Shown here: positions 60,676 through 64,000 of the stretch, one piece after another
Numbering within the stretch: position 1 is the first letter of the stretch
Layout of the letters: each line of letters starts with the position of its first letter
Origin: Chara braunii
Taxonomy: Eukaryota; Plantae; Charophyceae
Direction: 5' to 3'
Assembly: GCA_003427395.1 (NCBI GenBank)
Contig: BFEA01000046.1
Location: forward strand, 3,182,484-3,246,483
DNA: 64,000 nucleotides
Program-made: the position numbers and the translations under genes
Notes under the pieces: generated by a model
Told to the model about the DNA's origin: nothing
Database searches by the model: none
What the model saw: the letters and a program-made list of their open reading frames with translations, nothing else

Positions 60676-60782
60676 AAAAAGCTTCACATCCTAATCGACC
60701 TTGCTCATTGACTTACCTTAACCAATTCTGTTCGGAGTTCCGTGCACCCCCTTGCGGCCCCTTAAGGCTCTCGATTGGACGG

Positions 60783-61318
60783 GGGAGGTGATAAGCGAGG
60801 GAGGGTTGGGATGTCCGGCTATGGTGGATGGGTGTAGGCGATGGAGGTTGAAGAAGGGTTGGGGTGTCCGGCTATGGTGGATGGGTGTAGGTGATGGAGG
60901 TTGAAGAAGGGTTGGGGTGTCCGGCTATGGCGGATGGGTGTCGGTGATGGAGGTTGGAGAAGGGTCGAGGCATCCGGCTATAGTGGTTGGGTGTAGGTGA
61001 CGGAGGTTGAAGAAGGGTTGGGGCGTCCGGCTACGGTGGATGGGTGTAGGTGATAGAGGTTGAAGAGGGGTTGGGGTGTCCGGCTATGGTGGACGGGTGT
61101 AGGTGATAGAGGTTGAAGAAGGGTTGGGGCGTCCGGCTAGGGTGGATGGGAGTAGGTGATGGAGGTTGAAGAAGGGTTGGGGTGTCCGGCTATGGCGGAT
61201 GGGTGTAGGTAATGGAGGTTGAAGAAGGGTTGGGGTGTTCGGCTATGGTGGATGGGTGTAGGTGATGGAGGTTGAAGAAGGGTTGGGGTATCCGGCTATG
61301 GTGGATGGGTGTAGGTGC
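60783..61318. repeat. 53-bp G-rich tandem repeat, about 10 copies
   Basis: GGGTTGGGGTGTCCGGCTATGGTGGATGGGTGTAGGTGATGGAGGTTGAAGAA. Confidence 0.96.
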
Positions 61319-62560
61319 TGTTACGGTGCTGAAGTCCACGTCTCTCGTGTATTCGAACTTACTAGTCTGCTGGTATGCTGACAAAATCTTATCTTTATCG
61401 AACTCGAAAAACTGACTGAGGAAGTATTTACTCATTATAGGGTCCGTTACCCCAGGAATTCACAGAGCCACTAACGTGAATGCCCTTAGGAAATCATTGT
61501 AAGTCGCATAGTTTTTCCTCTGGACTGCGGCTAATTCGGCCTCTGTTGCCATTTTCTCTACCTTCAGGTATTTCCTCATCATCTCATTCCTGGTTTCTTT
61601 CCAAGATCCACTGGAGGCGACGATGGTCATAATGTCCCTGCCCAAGCTTAGTGACACGTGCTGCCCCAGGTGCTCCATCTTTTCCTCTTCCGTCCATTTT
61701 AGTAGGGCTGCTAGGTTCTCATAGTCTATTAGAAACTCCGTAATGTTGGCCCCATCAAATGTGAGTTTCTTCTTTGCATCTGCGAGATACCCCTGGTTCT
61801 TGTTTAGTGTCCTGTTGAGGGTGGCGACTACCCTCTTGAGACCATCTTCGGAGGCACCCGCTTCCCCGGCTGCACTGGTCCCTTTCCCTTCCTTGCTTTC
61901 CCTCTGCTTCTCCCTGGTTTTGGGCATTCCTTCTGGGTCAAACCATCCTAGCACTCTTTCCCTAAGGTTCCAGAGTCCGTCACACGCCCCTATTACTTTC
62001 GGCGTGGCGGGCAGTCTGCTAGTGCCGTTGTCGATGGCGGGCGGTGTCATAGCGTTTTCCGTTCCTTTTGCCGGGGGGTCGTCCTTGTCCTTCCCCTTCT
62101 TGTTAGGCGTCCCCCTGTAGCTATTATCCTTTCCTTCATATCTGGCCTCGTCCTGAGTGGTCCTTTGCCCCTCTCGTGACCCTGTGCCCTAGGGGTCCTC
62201 CTCATCCCCGACCATCATCTGCTCGATGAGCCTTGCCTTAAATTCTGCAGTCCGCTTTTCTATCTCTGCCAGTTTGCGACGGGTATCTAAGACTTTCGTC
62301 TTTTTAGGGGTGGTTCCTGATGAATTCCGAGGGCTTGTTTTCACGTCGTTTCCCCCTTCCCTGTTTTCCTTAGGTCCCCGTTTGCTACCCCCAGCTTTCC
62401 CAAAACTTTCACCTGTTGAAATGTCTTTTCTATCTTCTCGGGTTCCTTCCGGTTTGGCTGACTCTCGATCCTTCACTGATCCCTCGTTTCGTTCCTCACC
62501 CCCATTTGTACCCTGGCTCCCCCTGCTCTGCTGATCATTGAATTCTTCTTCTGTCGCCAT
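61319..62560 (-). pseudogene. gag: Truncated family-C gag
   Basis: ORFs starting at 62560, 62050 and 61435 share one frame. YLADAKKKLTFDGANITEFLIDYE matches 12850-12940. It ends before the zinc knuckle. Confidence 0.9.
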
Positions 62561-63015
62561 TCCCTTTACCTAGCCTACACATGGAGAATTTTTTTTTTGC
62601 GAAAAATGGCCGGATGTTCACAACTGTCATAGTCCCGGCTCTAAAAACCCATCGATTCCCATGTTTTTTGCGTCTTATATTAATTGGTCCGACTCTCCTG
62701 ACTTTTCTTTCCCAGGGCGTCCCTCAGGTTTTTCTCCCGCCGGGCCTTGCCGCCGCCGCTCGACATTTCTTTACTGCCGCGCTTAGGTTCTTAGGGCGGT
62801 GCCTGAGCCCAGTGGCTTCCTTATCAGGTATGACCCTTTTGGATTATTGGCATCCAGGTGCCTNAGAACTTTTGGAGCAGGTGGTCTTCCTAGTTCCTTC
62901 CCTGCCGCATCATTGGGTCGCCCGGGGCTCCAACCACTGCCCCTCTTTTGCTGACGGCCACCTACTTATCTTAGTACCCATCCTTTGTTTCCCTACTTCT
63001 TCCTGACGCGTTTTC

Positions 63016-63801
63016 TCATGCTGGTCCCTCAGGCCTGCACTGCTCATCCGGTTCCTCGAACAGGTCAGCCAACCCAGCAAGGTAATTTTCCCCCATCTCT
63101 ATTTCCCTGATAATTATTGGCTCATATTCTTCAAACGACAGGTGGGGCAATCCGAATATCAAGATCTCGAGTAATTCGAGTAGTTCCCAAGCCTGGTTTC
63201 CCCAGAACGGCCCATGTCTGACTGACATGTTATAGAACATGCCCGTTGTTCGCGGGTGGAAGAGGTGGATCCAGACCAGGGGCGAGTCCACCAAATCCCT
63301 TGCCCTCTTGAGACTGCCGAATACCAGGTCTACCATGAAGCGAGGTACTCGACAAATCAGCCCGGTCATTGGGGCCTTAAACTCTCGCCAACCTCCTATC
63401 TCCACCCGAGTCCTTAAACCCACATTCCTTCTTCCTCGCACTTCCTGGCCTACCCGATTTAGTACTCTAGTAGCCCTCTGGAAGATTGGCAACAACCCAT
63501 GCCCTAGTGCCAACTCCGTCCCTAACATGTGCCACCCGAGCTCTGGCAGGTATACGGTCCCCGTCACCCTAAGATCGGTGTAAAGATCGTCCCCCGGTCC
63601 CCTGTTAATTCTCATACCATCCCACAAGCATTCCACCATCATGAACGCCTGACCTCTTCCCAGGGTCACGACTCTCCACTCGGTATCCAATCCTTGAATC
63701 ATGTAGCTTGCTGGGAGCGACACCTCCCATCCATCTCCGTTTTCCGAGGGTGGCAGCGGGTGCATGGGTCGTCGCGGCATCCGGGCGCATCTCATCGCCA
63801 T
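63016..63801 (-). CDS. Intact retrotransposon accessory protein of unknown function (261 aa from the ATG at 63801)
   Basis: Uninterrupted ORF upstream of gag, homologous to 10850-11643. It follows the acceptor TTTAATACTGTGCAG. Confidence 0.8.
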   Translation of the reverse strand: MAMRCARMPRRPMHPLPPSENGDGWEVSLPASYMIQGLDTEWRVVTLGRGQAFMMVECLWDGMRINRGPGDDLYTDLRVTGTVYLPELGWHMLGTELALGHGLLPIFQRATRVLNRVGQEVRGRRNVGLRTRVEIGGWREFKAPMTGLICRVPRFMVDLVFGSLKRARDLVDSPLVWIHLFHPRTTGMFYNMSVRHGPFWGNQAWELLELLEILIFGLPHLSFEEYEPIIIREIEMGENYLAGLADLFEEPDEQCRPEGPA

Positions 63802-64000
63802 TTCCGACTTAGAAGTCCCCTGCACAGTATTAAACAGCACGCGAGTTTACTTATTCCACTTGGTCTTCAATTTTCCACCCGAACAACTCCCCGATCCTTA
63901 GTCTGGTGCTTTTTTTCCCCTTCTATTTCTTTCCCCTCTCTTCGACCCTATTACCGACCTGTTCCCTCCTCCATCTGCTCATACGATCGGTACAGATCAT

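Overview
This is eukaryotic, repeat-saturated DNA with no recognisable host gene, RNA gene or CRISPR array. The Gag/Pol sequences recall Chara (charophyte alga) Ty3/gypsy elements; this is from memory, not a search. 1-6.1 kb holds stacked minisatellites. 6150-~20200 is a decayed Ty3/gypsy element ('family C'): a 1.07-kb LTR, three tandem accessory ORFs, gag-protease, RT, integrase and a 3' ORF. 20.2-25.6 kb holds LTR-like fragments, minisatellites and a gap. 25643-59316 is a second Ty3/gypsy element ('A') with a giant 7.5-kb LTR and a tRNA-Asp PBS. Its gag is split by a 22-kb non-autonomous relative ('B', 35128-57378, 4-bp TSD GCGG) that lacks gag/pol. 59317-64000 holds a minus-strand family-C LTR, a G-rich minisatellite, a truncated gag and an intact accessory ORF. 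Four observations stand out. (1) Each giant LTR carries 11-12 stem-loops whose stems differ from copy to copy but stay complementary around a near-invariant UAAG(A/U)U loop. (2) An uncharacterised ~250-aa protein family occurs five times across two element lineages. (3) An in-phase U UUU UUA heptamer lies between protease and a -1-frame RT in both lineages. (4) LTR splice donors pair with an acceptor just before each ORF. Together these suggest a complex-retrovirus-like regulatory system in algal retrotransposons, which remains a hypothesis.
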